64,000 nucleotides of DNA from Camelus dromedarius (Eukaryota): positions 101,930,001 to 101,994,000 of the forward strand of contig NC_087437.1 in NCBI RefSeq assembly GCF_036321535.1, written 5' to 3'. Shown here piece after piece: positions 12,701 to 25,630 of the stretch (position 1 is the stretch's first letter; every line of letters starts with the position of its first letter). Under the pieces are notes generated by a model. The model was not told the origin of the DNA. It made no database searches and saw nothing but the letters and a program-made list of their open reading frames with translations. The position numbers were made by a program, and so were the translations under genes.

Positions 12701-14789
12701 TGTTAGATGTTGTTCTTAATAGTACTAGTACTGCTACTACTACTAGTTATTACTGTTACAATGATAATTAAAATTTTTAAGGATGGCTTAAACAAGTGAA
12801 TTTATTGTTTTAAAAAAGAAGAGTGAGATGAAATGACAAAGAACATGGATAGTACAGTTGATTCTTTTGTTTTTAGTCATTTGAAATAGGCAAACTGTTT
12901 AATATCAAAACATTGTTCCTTATCGAGGATAGTGTTATTTTTTTCTTACCTATGTATCTCATTGGTATATTCCATAATGACTTATTAGGGACTAAAAGAA
13001 ATTAAAATATGTCTAAGGAACTGCATAAATGCAAAACAGTAGAGAGATATACTGGACTGAGAGCATGGTATTTGATTCTTTTTTATTAGGGGCTAGACTC
13101 TCACTAAAAGACAGTAAGTTTATGGTCAGTGTTACTACATTAGATTAATTGCAGAGGAACTCAATTCAAAATCACATATACATGAGTGCAGTATGCATTC
13201 AGCAGTCAGAAATCACAGGATGTTTACATATTTAGCAAAGATAATGTCCAAATTCATTTAAAATGCCCTGTCAGTTCTCAGATGCAATAATCCCTCATGC
13301 ACATTGTAGGGAAGGTCATTGAGAAGAGTAGCTCCAAATGCCTTATTAAAATGGCAATGAAACTAGTCAGTATTGCCAGACAAATGAAAATTTGAAGAAG
13401 TGTTTAAATTTTCATTGGAGCATGCCCAGATGTTATGTGCCTGGATCAAATAGTTTGTGTTCTGATTTCATTTCATTGGCCCTGGGAAATATGTTCACTT
13501 CACCACAGCTCTTACATTTCAAATGACACAATGTTAATTTGTACTTGACTCCAGTTAGTTAGGAGGTCTCTCTTAAATCATTCTCTCTGTTATCTCTAAT
13601 TCCTTCTTATATCACTATCATTTTGTCCTTACTACTTTTGATTCAGTTGATTATTTCTTCTCCAATAGTTTTTCAGGAAAGTTTTCAGGTAGTTTTTCAG
13701 GAAAGACATGCCATTTTGTGAAAAAATATATTGTTCTTCATATATATGGAAGAAGATACTTTCCTTTGCTAATTGCTCTTTGAAAATTAAGTTCCTGTGG
13801 CTTTTTTCCTCTAATGATGCTTACCTTGTTAATTTCTATATTTAATTTTCTGTTTTTACAAGTAAGATAATCTAGGCAAAATGGTTTGCCAGGAAATCTT
13901 CTTCATGGGCTAAGAATAAATAGGTTAATTGAACATATATTAGATTTCAGAATATTGAAGAATAAATGGAGCTTAAAACAAAATTTAAAATATGTATTGA
14001 TAATCATACAATATAAATGTTTTAAGAGTATTATATATATTTAGTAAACTACTATAACATGTAAAATCATTTTCATAATTGTATCATAAAATTATAAAAA
14101 TAAATAATTAGTAATTAATATTGGGTCTGTAATAAACGAGGAGAGGAAATAAATTATCAAGAACATAAGAAAAGATAATTGCAAAACAAATATGAGAAAG
14201 GGGGAAAAGTGGCTAATTGTCTTCTGAGAACATATTTAACCTAACTAATAATTTAAAAACTAAAGTTAAAACAACAGTGTGATATTACTTTTTAGTCCCA
14301 GTCTCCCACATTTTAGTCCCAATCTCCCAAACTTAGAGCCCCTTTGAAAATGATAACCCTCCACTTGACTTTTTTACAGTAAAAAGAGCCATTTGTATGA
14401 AGCTAGTGGGATGTTAGATTTGCATAATCTACCTGGAATGATTATTTGGCAAAGTCATGAAATAATTTATGGTACATCTATTGGCTGCAATGTAATTTAG
14501 TCATAAATATTATCCTCTGAAAAATGTCTGATTGACACAGGGAAGTTATTACCACATAAAGCTTATTAAAAGAGCAGCTACAACATATTAAGAATAACAT
14601 GATCATAAATATATAAGAAGCCTGGCTATTCAGCCATCCATCCATTCATCCATTTTTCCTCCATCTGCCTGTCATTAAGATAAAAGAATTAACCCGAAAA
14701 CACTCTGTTTTTTCCCCAGTGGTCATGTTGCATTCCTTTTGTTACATTTATTTTTTCTAGAAAGGCGTGCAGTTTTATAGGTATGTTTT

Positions 14790-15335
14790 CAATTTAATTT
14801 TATTGTGGTAAAAACACTTAACATGAGATCTACCCTCTTAACATTTTAAGTATCGTGAGCTATGTTCAGTGATGTTCAGCATATCTATAGAACTCATTCA
14901 TTTGCGTGATTAAAACTTTGTGCTTTGGTTAGCAATTTTCCATTTCCCTCTCCCCACAAGCCCCCAAATGATCATTCTATTTTCTGATTATATGAGTTTG
15001 ACTATTTTAGATACCTCATATAAGTGGAATCATATACTGTCTCTTTGTGACTGGCTTATTTTGCTTAGCATAATGTGTTCAGGGTTCATCCACGTCATAT
15101 TTTGCAGGGTTTTCTTCTATTTATAAGACTGAATTTTACACACATACACACAAGCACGCACGTGCATGCACACACACATTTATCCATTGATAGCATAGAT
15201 GGGCATTACGTTCTTTCCACATCTTGGCTATTATGCATAGTGCTTCACTGAACATTGAGATACTGATATCTCTTTAAGATCCTGATTTCAATTCTTTTTG
15301 GATAAATACCAAAAAGTGGGGTTGCTAGATAATGT
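14790..15335 (-). mobile_element. L1MA/MB 3' end
   Basis: AACACTTAACATGAGATCTACCCTCTTAAC, TTTAGATACCTCATATAAGTGGAATCAT and GATCCTGATTTCAATTCTTTTTGGATAAATACC. Confidence 0.85.
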
Positions 15336-16692
15336 TTGAACTTTTAAAAAATATTTAGTAGGTCATTTTAATTCAAAAAAGAGAGAACTGTGCCCTAAAC
15401 ATGTTTAAAAGTTAAGCAGTAAAAATAAATCTAATAATCTTCCTCCAAAGCTAAAAATGCTAAAAGTGAAGTTTGTGGAAAAAAAAAGAGGTATTACAGT
15501 TTTAATTTAGAAAAATATTGTTGATTTGCCGTCCAGTGAAGCTTCACTAATTTAAACTTGCACAGTGTGCGTCTGTATCTACCTCTTCTCACCCATGCTG
15601 ACATTATTATTAAACTTTTGAACTTTTCTACTGTGATAAGCAAAATTTCTTAAATTAAATTCATGTGTCTTTAATTACGTATGAGGTTAAGCACTTCATT
15701 TTGTAAGGCTTTAAATATACTTTTCTAACATGATGCCTATTCCTGTCTTTTACCACTTTCGAGTTGGCTGTTAGTCTTTAAAAAATTGATTTGTAAGAAT
15801 TGATTACTCAAGGACTTCTTTCCAGCATGTGTTTTATCTCTTCTCAATCACTAATTTCCCCTTCTCTACTGAATTAATGCCACTGGCATCTAACAGACTT
15901 TGATATTTCTCTTAAAAATATATTTTCTCAACTTCATGTTCCATCAAATTTACTTTTCCTTCAGCCACCAAGTTTATGCTGACATTTATAATAGGCATTT
16001 GTAAAACCTGTCTTTGCCTTCCCATCGCCTATTCTGTGCATACGTTGTTCTAGACTGTCTTTCATCCCCTTCAGTTGACTGAAATATCTTCTGTCAGTCA
16101 AACCAACTTTATCATGGAATCTTTCTGTGTATCTTATTCCGGTTTCCGACAGCCTACTTCTTAGGGGATGACTCCTTCCTAAACACTTTCTTCCTTTATT
16201 TTCAATAATACCGTATTTTGTTGGTTTGCTTCCTATTCCAAAACCTTTCTGTCTCCTTTACTGGATCTTCCCTTTCAGACTAATATCTAAATATTTCTTG
16301 ATTGAGACTCAATTCTTTTTTCTTCTATTCTCTGTCTAGGTGATCCCTTCTACTGCTATGAGTTTAGTCTCCATCAGTGTATTGATAATATCTAGGTCCT
16401 CTCTCCATTGCTGAATTGATATCCCCCCTAAGATGTCTAAAAAGCGCCAGAAATTTAGCATGTCTGAAATAAAACTTACCCTGCATCCAAACATACCCTG
16501 GTCTTCCCCTACGGAGGTAATTGAAGTACCACATATTTGCTTGCTTAAATCCCAAAGACAAATATATATCCTTGAATACTCTATGCATCTTATAAGCCAA
16601 AATTATTACAATAGCCTAGCAGCCTAGCAGTATTTTTTACAAACCATGATGTGACTTCAAGCCAAGCAACTACCACTGCAGATTAGTATTCC

Positions 16693-17077
16693 TGTGTCTT
16701 AACCTGCTTGGCTGCTTGAACAAAATGCCATAGATTGGGTCACTTACACAACAGCTTTAAAAAAAAAAAAAATTCACAGTTCTGGAGGTTGAGAAGTCCA
16801 AGATTGAAGTGCCAGCAGATTAGGATGTTGGTGAGGGCTTGCTTTCTTCTTCATTGACACCTGCCTTCTCACTGTAACCTCACATGGCCAAAGAAGAGAG
16901 ATCATCTTTCTCGTATCTTTTCTTATAAGGGCACTAATCCCTTTAAAGGGGTTCTATACTCAAGATTTAATTACCTCTCAAGAGTCCCACCTCCAAATAC
17001 CATCACACTGAGGACTGGGGCTTCAGTCTATCATATGAATTTGGGGCGAGGGGAACACAGATATTCAGCCCATAGCA
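16693..17077 (-). mobile_element. MaLR solo LTR (MLT1A-like)
   Basis: CACAGTTCTGGAGGTTGAGAAGTCCAAGAT, TCTTATAAGGGCACTAATCCC, CCACCTCCAAATACCATCAC and terminal ATTCAGCCCATAGCA. Confidence 0.9.
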
Positions 17078-17154
17078 CCTTGCTTCTGCTTCTACATCCC
17101 TGTAATAAACTCGTCTTCATACAGCCTTTACATGCCCTTTGTAAAACTTAAAAG

Positions 17155-17390
17155 AAGGCAGCACAGCACTGCCACTCTACATACAGGATTTGGGTATAGA
17201 CTGAAGTCCATACCCTGGCCATTTACAAAATGCTCAACTTACAGGGACATTTCTTAACCTTTTAGAACCTCTATTTCTGCACTGAGAAATAATAGTACCT
17301 TTTAATAGGAATTTTTAATGAATACTTTAATATGGATAAAACCCTTGGAACCGTGTGTGCTAAGTGATGCAGACTTAATGGAAATTAACT
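17155..17390 (+). mobile_element. MIR SINE relic
   Basis: CTTAACCTTTTAGAACCTCTATTTCT...ATAATAGTACCT. Confidence 0.5.
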
Positions 17391-19619
17391 TTGGGGGCTT
17401 TTTGAAATATTTTTACTCTAGCTGAAATCCTCCCACAACTGCTCATCAATAATTTCCTGCACTAGCCACATCCTATACCAGCCAAGGTCATACATATTTT
17501 CTTTGTGTTCCACAAACACTTCAGTAGTCTTCCTCCCTGAGTGCATTGCCCCTTCTATTCCCACTGCCTGAGACATTCTTCCAGTAGATCTTTGCACGAC
17601 CCTGCTTCTCTCCTTTCATTCAGGCCTCAGCTCACATGCCGTTTCCTCAAGCAGTTAAGTCTTGACCTCCGTGTCTGATAGTCATATCCTATGAGATACT
17701 GTTATGTTCCCAGTTTCATTTTTAACATAAATCTTACTACCATCTACAATTAATGCTTATTAATTTGGTGATCATTTTTTGTCTGTATCCTTTAAAAGTC
17801 TAAACTCCACAGACAGCAGGTTCTTGTCTGCTGTCTTCATCATCTGTTCCCTGGATGAGAGCAGTACATGTCATATTGTAGAACCACGTGGATATTTGCT
17901 GAACGAATTGATATATGAATGAATAGCTTGATGAATATACAGATGAATTTCATCCACTAAGACCTTGAAATGAGCCTTTATGGCCACGTTGGTCAGTTCT
18001 CTGAGATCATATTCCTTTATTCAGGGATTCTGCCCCACCTCCACAGTTTCCCTTTTTCAACTCTTTAAAGCCATGTCCACTTCTAAAGATGATTTACTGG
18101 GTATGTGAGAAATTTTACCACTTTTGGGAACTTCCATGTTAGAAATATATCCATAAAATTATGCTGTATGAACTTTGGGAAAGTATTATTGATAAAATAG
18201 TTTCCCAATCTATTTTCTGAATCAGAAGTGTTTTGAATAATGGAAATAATTTTTAGATAAATTCTTTCTCCAATTACTAATTTTTTGCCTATAGAAAAGA
18301 AAGCCATCTACTTACCAAGAGGAGAAAATAAAAATTCCAAGATTTTGCTGTTGTAAATTAATTTGTTATGGTTTATTTGTATAAAAAGTCAAGTTTTGTC
18401 CTGAGAGACAATGTACTTTTGTATAAAAAACACTTTGATTTTCTACTTTCCAAAATGTATGGGAATATTAACTTTTCCTTCCATAGGAGTAGAAGTCTAA
18501 ATTTTTCTACTGGTTATGATACTTGTTTAACTGATAGGCTATTAGAATATCTGTGTTTATTTATATACATTTGTACAATAATTTCCTGTACATTTTTGCC
18601 TTTTAGGGTGCTGGGGGTGTCTTATGTGCTTTACAGAAAATATTTCAGCATAACTAGGAGTTTCAAAGAGTGTGAAAGAAGAAAGAGAAAACATGTTTTC
18701 CCTAAGGAAGTTAAAATTCCCATAATCAAGTAACTTCAGAAAGAGACGTGAGTTTTATGCCCCTTACTATGAGATTGCTTTGCCAGGAATTCAAAAGACA
18801 TGTGTCACTTTGCATAATAACTTAAGTTCAGAAGTACCAGAGAAAAGGTAGCATATTAGCAAACTTCTGTGTTTATCTTTCTATAATCCTTCTCCATTTC
18901 TGACAGCAACTACTTCTGGGTCCCTGTCATACACTTTTCAATAGAAATAATCCCCTGTAACTATGGTCTTTTCTGTTGTTCTTTTCACCATATAATCCAC
19001 TTACTTTATTAAGAAAAGTAAGAGTAAATTATTTTAAAAGTATAACGTATTCTTAAATATCTGGATGTGAAAGTAAAAATGGTTATATAATCTGTCAATA
19101 TTTTTTATTATCAATACACTTAATAAGTTTCCATTATAAAAGAAATACAAAGGAATCACTGGTTTGCCAGAACAGTATATTGAAGGTGTTGTTTAGAACT
19201 TTGAATTGCTGAAATGGATGAGTTTTAAAATGACAAGTTCTGCTCTTATGTTCATTGAATGTAGATATTCTATTAAATTATTTTCTTTGTGTTTTAGGAA
19301 TTTAAAAATCAATAAAAGAAGTGTATTCAGGTTACTTTTTGGGGATACTATAAGGTTATTCTATGCTATTAAATCATATAGAACAAAAGGTTCATTTTTA
19401 TATGTTTATGATTTTTAATGTTTGACTTTGACTCACACTTTGAGAAATCATGAAATATCTTTAAAGACAACTAATTGTCCAAAATATCTGTATTACTGTA
19501 CTGTGACTACTTTTTAAATAACAAACCAAATAGACCCTAGTGTTTTTTCTAAAGTGCTTAGTTGGAAAGGAAATCAATGGCAAAAATCACTCATTCTATA
19601 CAAAATTAACTCATATCAG

Positions 19620-19770
19620 TCATGGTAATTTCACAACAGCTTTGTGAGTTATGTACCATTATTATACCCATATGTAAATGAGGAAACTGAGGTAGCATGG
19701 TTACTTAATTTGTCCAAGATGTTGGAACTTGAGTTTAAATAGGGTTGGAATCCGTGTGCAGTCGTCAATG
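19620..19770 (-). mobile_element. MIR SINE core
   Basis: CCCATATGTAAATGAGGAAACTGAGGTAGCATGGTTACTTAATTTGTCCAAG. Confidence 0.75.
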
Positions 19771-21144
19771 TATATCTAGTATTAAGATATGATGTAGAAT
19801 ATACATTTATTTTATATATATAGAGAGAGAGTTCTCTAAAATGTGATGATGCACTTTGATTTTCTGAGAGATACAGATATACATGCACAGATAATTTTGA
19901 AGTTCTGTGTGCATATTTAAAAACAAGGCAAAAATAATTATATTTGACAAAGTTTACAAGAATTTATTTAGTTATTAATCTACAATAGAAGACAGAATAT
20001 TATGACTATAAACTTCAATTTTAGTTTTCAAATAAACTAAAATTTACATCAGTTATTCAACAAGCTAATGATTAGCTTGTCAAATATATTTAAATTGTAA
20101 CTATCTATGATACTGCTTTCTATCCTAGAGTAATGGCTTCTCAAATTACTCTATGAATCAGAGGCTAGTTGGCACAGATCATTTGATAAGACATTATAAC
20201 TGCTGTTTTTATTTTTCTTTCTTCCTTTTTTTTTTTTTAAACTAAAAGGATTGTTCAGCAAATCTGTGTGCACTGAATATGCTGGATGTAAAACTGAAAT
20301 TTTTTCTTCATATATGTATTATTTTTATTGCATAAGTCAGCAATAATTATTAGTGATGGCAAGTAGAGTCTAACAGATATTTCTTACTTTTTAAATTCTT
20401 CACAGCCACATATGTTCTTTTAATTTTTCTATTTCTGTGTTTAGATTTGTTGATGTTTCCTCTCAGTCCCTTCTTCCCTCTCTTCCTTCTTTCTTTTCTT
20501 CCTTCCTTTCTAAAATTTGTTCTGTTGTTTCTGCATATTTTTGCACCTTTGATTATAGTTCTTTGTTATAAGTTTTAATTAAAAAAGAAGTACATATCCT
20601 CTAATGTTTTAGGTTTTGAAAGCACTGAAGCTGAAGGGTTAGTAATATACAGGAAAAAAGAAAGATACTGGAAGTCATTTACTACATACATAGAGAATTA
20701 AAAAACAAACAAACAAACAACACAAAACAAAACAAAACCTCTCTGGAATCAGATATAATTCCAGTGAGTTTTAAAAAAAAATAACAAACATAATTTTAAA
20801 AAAATATACACGATAAAATGTTACTTTTGAAGACTGATGATTTAGAAGATCCTTATATAAATGTTAATCATGTGGATACCAATTTAAATGTACAGATTAT
20901 TCACAATTTTATACAATTATCTGTAAAAGTACATTGAATTCACACTCACACGCATGTATTTTTTATTAACCACCTTAATGGTTCTTCATAGTGCAGTCAC
21001 AATTACACAATAGAATCTTCTATAATAACTCTCCTTCGGGGCTGCTGTGAGCTTGTATGTTACCTCTGGAGCAAATCATCCTAAGACAGCCAGAGAGACT
21101 CTGGGTTGTAGAGGCACCTGTATTATTTAAGGAAGAAGTCACAG

Positions 21145-21275
21145 CTCCATGCCATGCCCAGACGCAGGCTGCACTTCAGGCTTCAAAAGCCCACCCCACC
21201 AGGGGCAGTTGAGCAGACGCAAGTGGCAGGAGCACGTGCTTGCGGCCCTGCTTCCTAACTGTGCTCGTGATAGGC
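21145..21275. promoter_or_regulatory. Small GC/CpG-enriched patch with palindromic E-box, candidate cis-element
   Basis: Five CpGs in about 110 bp, AGCACGTGCT palindrome and a CTCF-like CCACCAGGGGCAG, in an otherwise CpG-poor window. Confidence 0.35.
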
Positions 21276-22859
21276 TGTTGCTCAGTACTTCCAGGACCTA
21301 CTGATTCTAATACTTTGTGAGGTTACTAACTGTGTTGATAAAAATATAATTTTACTTTCAAAGAATTGTTTTCAAGATTTTTGCTTTGCTAATATAGAAA
21401 TATGTATGGATGCAACTACATCATTTGGATAAAATGGTGTAACTACAGTGTTTAACTTAGAAACACCAAAAAAGCTTCATTATTCTGTTAATATGATTTA
21501 AACATGGAAGGGATAATTTAAAAAGAAAAAAAAATAACTGTTTCACAATCCCATTTCCTAGATTGTTTTTAATCAGAATTTTGAAGGATATTGGTTACAG
21601 TGAATGCTTATGTCCAGTAAGATTTGCACGAGTATTTTTTCTGATTATACCTGAGGTTTTCTGTCATATCCTGAGCTTTCTCAGAGGAGAAAATTAGCAA
21701 CTGTCTTCTGGAATAGAAATATACTGAGAATAATTGTATTTTCTTAAACAATCTTTAGGGAAAATCCTAGCAATACTTGGAGGGAATGGTAAACAGAACT
21801 CCCCAATTAGCATTGTCACATTGTCACTGTCACTATTTAATTAATTAATAGTCTGGAAATTTCTTTGGTCTTATGATAAATATGCCTTATTAAAAATTAG
21901 AAAACTGTGGACAAATAAGGAAAAGCCTCGTTCTTTCTTACCAAAATATCACCAATTTATTTTTCATGTTGGATATTGTACTGTGTTCTGTGAAGTTTTT
22001 ATAGGCTTAACGTTATTTAGACGTAGTATATGAATTTAACTTTAATTTATTATATGTTATTTGGACCTTACAAGGAATTTTAATTTAAAGTTTATTCATG
22101 GATCAAAGAAAGAAGTCAGTCTGTTTAAAGACTCACATATTAAGTTGCTGATTGACCTTTATATCATTTTTTAGAAATACATAATTTTTTAGAAATCTCC
22201 ATTTCAAAATTTCCTTTGAAAATATTTGTTAATTGTCAGACTTGATTTACTGTAAAGAAGATGCCTGTAGATTAGCATTGTCTGATTGAAGAGACATAGG
22301 AATAACTTTAGATGTTGCTTAAGGTAGTGATATAATTTCCAGACTCCCTCAAGATAACCAGATATGTTTGTGAAAATGAATAATGTTATCTCTCCACTTT
22401 CATTATTAAGAAAGGAATTGCTGGAATGGTCTAGTATGTTGGCTTTTTTTTTTTAGCATGTTTAAGTTGTTTTTAGCATGTTTAAGTGCTGGAATAATTT
22501 CACCACGATGTCATCTTTTCTTCTTGGAAAGGAAAATCATATTTTAAAGCTCAAGTGACAATCAGACTATAAAAATGGTTACTTGACTTAGAAAGCAAGG
22601 GCTTAATGAAGGGGTAAATTCTACTTTTGAATATGGAAACAAAATGCAATATTAGGCAGCAGACATCTGTGAAACAAAATTTACTTTCATGTATTCTTAC
22701 AAATGTACTATGCAGAAAAAAAATAAAATTAGTTTGCCAGAACTGTGCTGTCTACCTTCTGCCACTAACTCAGGCCCTATGAAGGCATGTTCAGTGTTGG
22801 ACCAACAGCTGCTGTCTTGACCTTTTTGTACAGTTGGCCTTCTAGCAAGACTCCTTCCC

Positions 22860-23010
22860 AACAACCCCTCTGCCCCCGCTGTGCTCCTTCAGCACCACCC
22901 ACTCCTCAGAAGTGCGTGTGCGTGATGTGCCAACCTGTTATCTAAGCAGGCGGGGAGCCCTAGTTCTCTTGGCAGGAGGTAGTTGAGTGAGGAGGTGTAT
23001 GTGTCGTTTT
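22860..23010 (+). promoter_or_regulatory. Promoter-like GC-enriched patch
   Basis: Retained CpGs, GC box-like AGGCGGGG, two X-box-like sites and GT/T-rich sequence downstream. Confidence 0.3.
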
Positions 23011-23217
23011 CTTGGGTAGTTAGCTGTTGTTCTACCAATGTTTTTGGTGGGTGTGTTTTTCTTTTCAAATGCAAATCATCATTTTACAAGTATATCCAAT
23101 TTCCCCTGATATGAAGATGTGTGAGTAAAAAAATGGATCAAAATGAAATAGTAAACAAAATCCAGATGGGAGATGGAGATTTAATTGTGAGGTATTTGTC
23201 ATCTTTTAATCTCTTAG

Positions 23218-23301
23218 CTGTGCTGCTGTCTGGACCTTTGTGTCCCTGCAGTCACAAAGATTTCACAGGTCTTTGATATCAGACTGAATAAATACTCCCA
23301 G
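23218..23301 (+). other. Candidate 84-nt exon
   Basis: Acceptor TTTGTCATCTTTTAATCTCTTAG| and donor CAG|GTAATC. Open in phase 0; peptide not recognised. Confidence 0.3.
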
Positions 23302-24059
23302 GTAATCAGCATATGATCTTGAAACACTATCTCTGGTAGATTATAAATTGTTAGCATTTTGACACAAAAGGTACTTGATATTTCAGTCAATGACCAGTTC
23401 ACTGAAAACTATTTTTTCCATCCTCTCATCAAGGCTAGCTCAGACAGGCAACGATTGATCTCAGTAATGTGACTATACACTTAACCATTGAGCAGCCACC
23501 AGAAGTGAGCATATATTTATACTAAAACACTTGAGTATTGCCTGTGGGGAAGTGAGTCTAATGTCAGTTCCAACCTTGATGTAACAAGTGCTCTTTGGTA
23601 AGCGGAACTCTTTTAATGAGATTATCTGTAAGCATAATGGGGAGTATGGAAATGTGCCAGTTGAGGAGTCAGTGGGAGGGGGATAATAGGGATAATGAGT
23701 AACAGGGAGAGAGAAACAGGCCAAGGAAATCAGGCACATTGAAGACTCTGGAAAATCAAGTGAGTGAATTATAGCTGCAAGAGGATGTCTAATGGTAATT
23801 ATTGATGTGTTTTATACTCAAGAGTGTGAAAGTCACTTTATGCATTCTATTTTTGATAATTAAGAGTAATTTACAGGTTTGCCACCTTTCCTCTTGCAAG
23901 AGGCAAGCCTCCAGACCCTTTCTGTACTCTCACGCTGTAGAGGGAAGTGGCAACAGGACAAGTAAGCACACTAAAATCCCTGTTATTGCTATCAGATAAA
24001 TATTTTGTAAAATGTCTTTGTTATATTTTAATCCAAATTAAAATATTTCTTTTAGCAGA

Positions 24060-24330
24060 GATACTGAGGTTACATTTTAGCAGAGTTGAAAGTGGTGCAT
24101 GAGTGAATCTTATGGCTCTCCAGGCCTAGGGAACAGCAGGTACAAAAGCCCAGAGTGGAAGAGTGATGAGCAAGCTTTAGGAAATCAAGGAGACCAGTGT
24201 GGCCAGAGTGAATCCTGAGCAAGGGGAAAAGCAGAGGAAAGTGAGAAGTAGGAAGGGGACACAAGGTCGGGGTCTTCCAGGTCATCATAAGAACTTTGGC
24301 TTATACCCTAAGTACATTGTGAAGCCATGT
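24060..24330 (-). mobile_element. L2 LINE fragment
   Basis: CCAGGCCTAGGGAACAGCAGGTACAAAAGCCCAGAG...GGAGACCAGTGTGGCCAGAGTG...AAGAACTTTGGCTTATACCCTAAG. Confidence 0.8.
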
Positions 24331-25169
24331 TTCTTTATTGAAATATAAAGAAATCTAATTTTGAGAGAATTGGAGAATAGATATCTGAAATAATTTTGTA
24401 ATATACGTATTTCTCTCCCTGTCTCCTGGATGTCTATGCAGATAGATCATTGAGAAACATTTTATTGGCATGTCTCTTTAGCATTTGTATCTCGTCTAGA
24501 CAGTTTTTATTTAATCATTGTCAAACAATGGTGGCTTTCCCTTTCTACAATTCCAAATTATGACATGTTTTAAGCTGTTGATAATTAGTATAGTTTTATG
24601 TTTTAAACAGTGGACAGAGGAGGAGGTTAGATTGACAACAAAAATCAGGAATAAAGCATACTGGTTGAGTGCTATCAAGAAAATATGGAAAATGTTTCTA
24701 GGGTAGAGAAGCAATACCAGTATGAAGAGGGGTTTTGCTACTGCTTCTGTCATTTTTAAACTTCTCTAAGTATTTGATTAGTTTCAATGGACTTAGATGT
24801 TAAAAGTTAAAATCCTGCTTCTGAGATTACGCTAGAACTTCAAATGAATGGCTTAATCTTCATTAACTTTGGTTTCCTTTTCTTTAAAATGAAAATTACA
24901 TCTATTTCATAGATTTGATTTTTGCACATGAAGTGAGGTATGGACATTTTTGACTACCAACCCTCTTCATATACTTGGTTCTGTTTTGCTCTGCTTCCTC
25001 TCTGACCCATCATGCTATTATCCTAAAGCAAATTGCCTATAACAATTTGACGGATGTTATCATCATTACTTGTGTCCCATGCTCTTGTTGAGCTTGATTC
25101 TCAGTTTATAACAACATACTACTATCAACATGTAAAATAGCACATTATAAAGGGATCAGCTGACATAGA

Positions 25170-25205
25170 CACACACACACACACACACACACAGACACAC
25201 ACACA
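25170..25205. repeat. (CA)n microsatellite
   Basis: Directly visible, with one interruption. Confidence 0.95.
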
Positions 25206-25432
25206 TTCTCTTCTGCATGTCTTTATCAGAAAAAAAAAATGTTTCTCTTAAGGTAAGTGTTTCACCCGATATCTTAAAGGCATAAGGATATGATAATAAA
25301 AGGGGAACATATAGAATATGTGGACTGAATCTCACTCTAGGTTTCACAAGAGCGCTCTTGAAGTTGTGTGAGTCCACATATGCAGGTAACTCTTATTTTA
25401 TTACTTGGGCCCAGTACATTCGTTGTTGCTGG

Positions 25433-25630
25433 TTTTTTTTTAATATTTATTTATTTAGAGTTATAGTCAGTTAACAGTGTTATGTCATTTCTGGTGTACA
25501 GCACAATTTTTCACTCATACATTAATATACGTATATTCATTTTCATATTCTTTTTCACTGTGAGCTTCTACAAGATCTTGAATATATTTCCCTGTGCTAT
25601 ATAGTATAAACTTGTTTATCTATTATATAA
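25433..25630 (-). mobile_element. Short lineage-specific L1 3' end
   Basis: Reverse complement of the L1 tail at about 1590-1780 (TTTCTGGTGTACAGC, TTTCCCTGTGCTATA, AACTTGTTTATCTATT). Confidence 0.9.

Larger units (their letters stand above)
15810..17930 (+). mobile_element. L2 LINE 3' portion, interrupted by MLT1A and MIR insertions
   Basis: Pyrimidine-rich L2 sense motifs (CTTCCTAAACACTTTCTTCC, GCCTCAGCTCACATGCCGTTTCCTCA), ending GATATTTGCTGAACGAA...TGAATGAAT. Confidence 0.75.

Noticed and set aside
18368..18733. 121-aa ORF
   Set aside because: Low-complexity F/L/Y/K composition expected from AT-rich DNA, with no domain or splice support.
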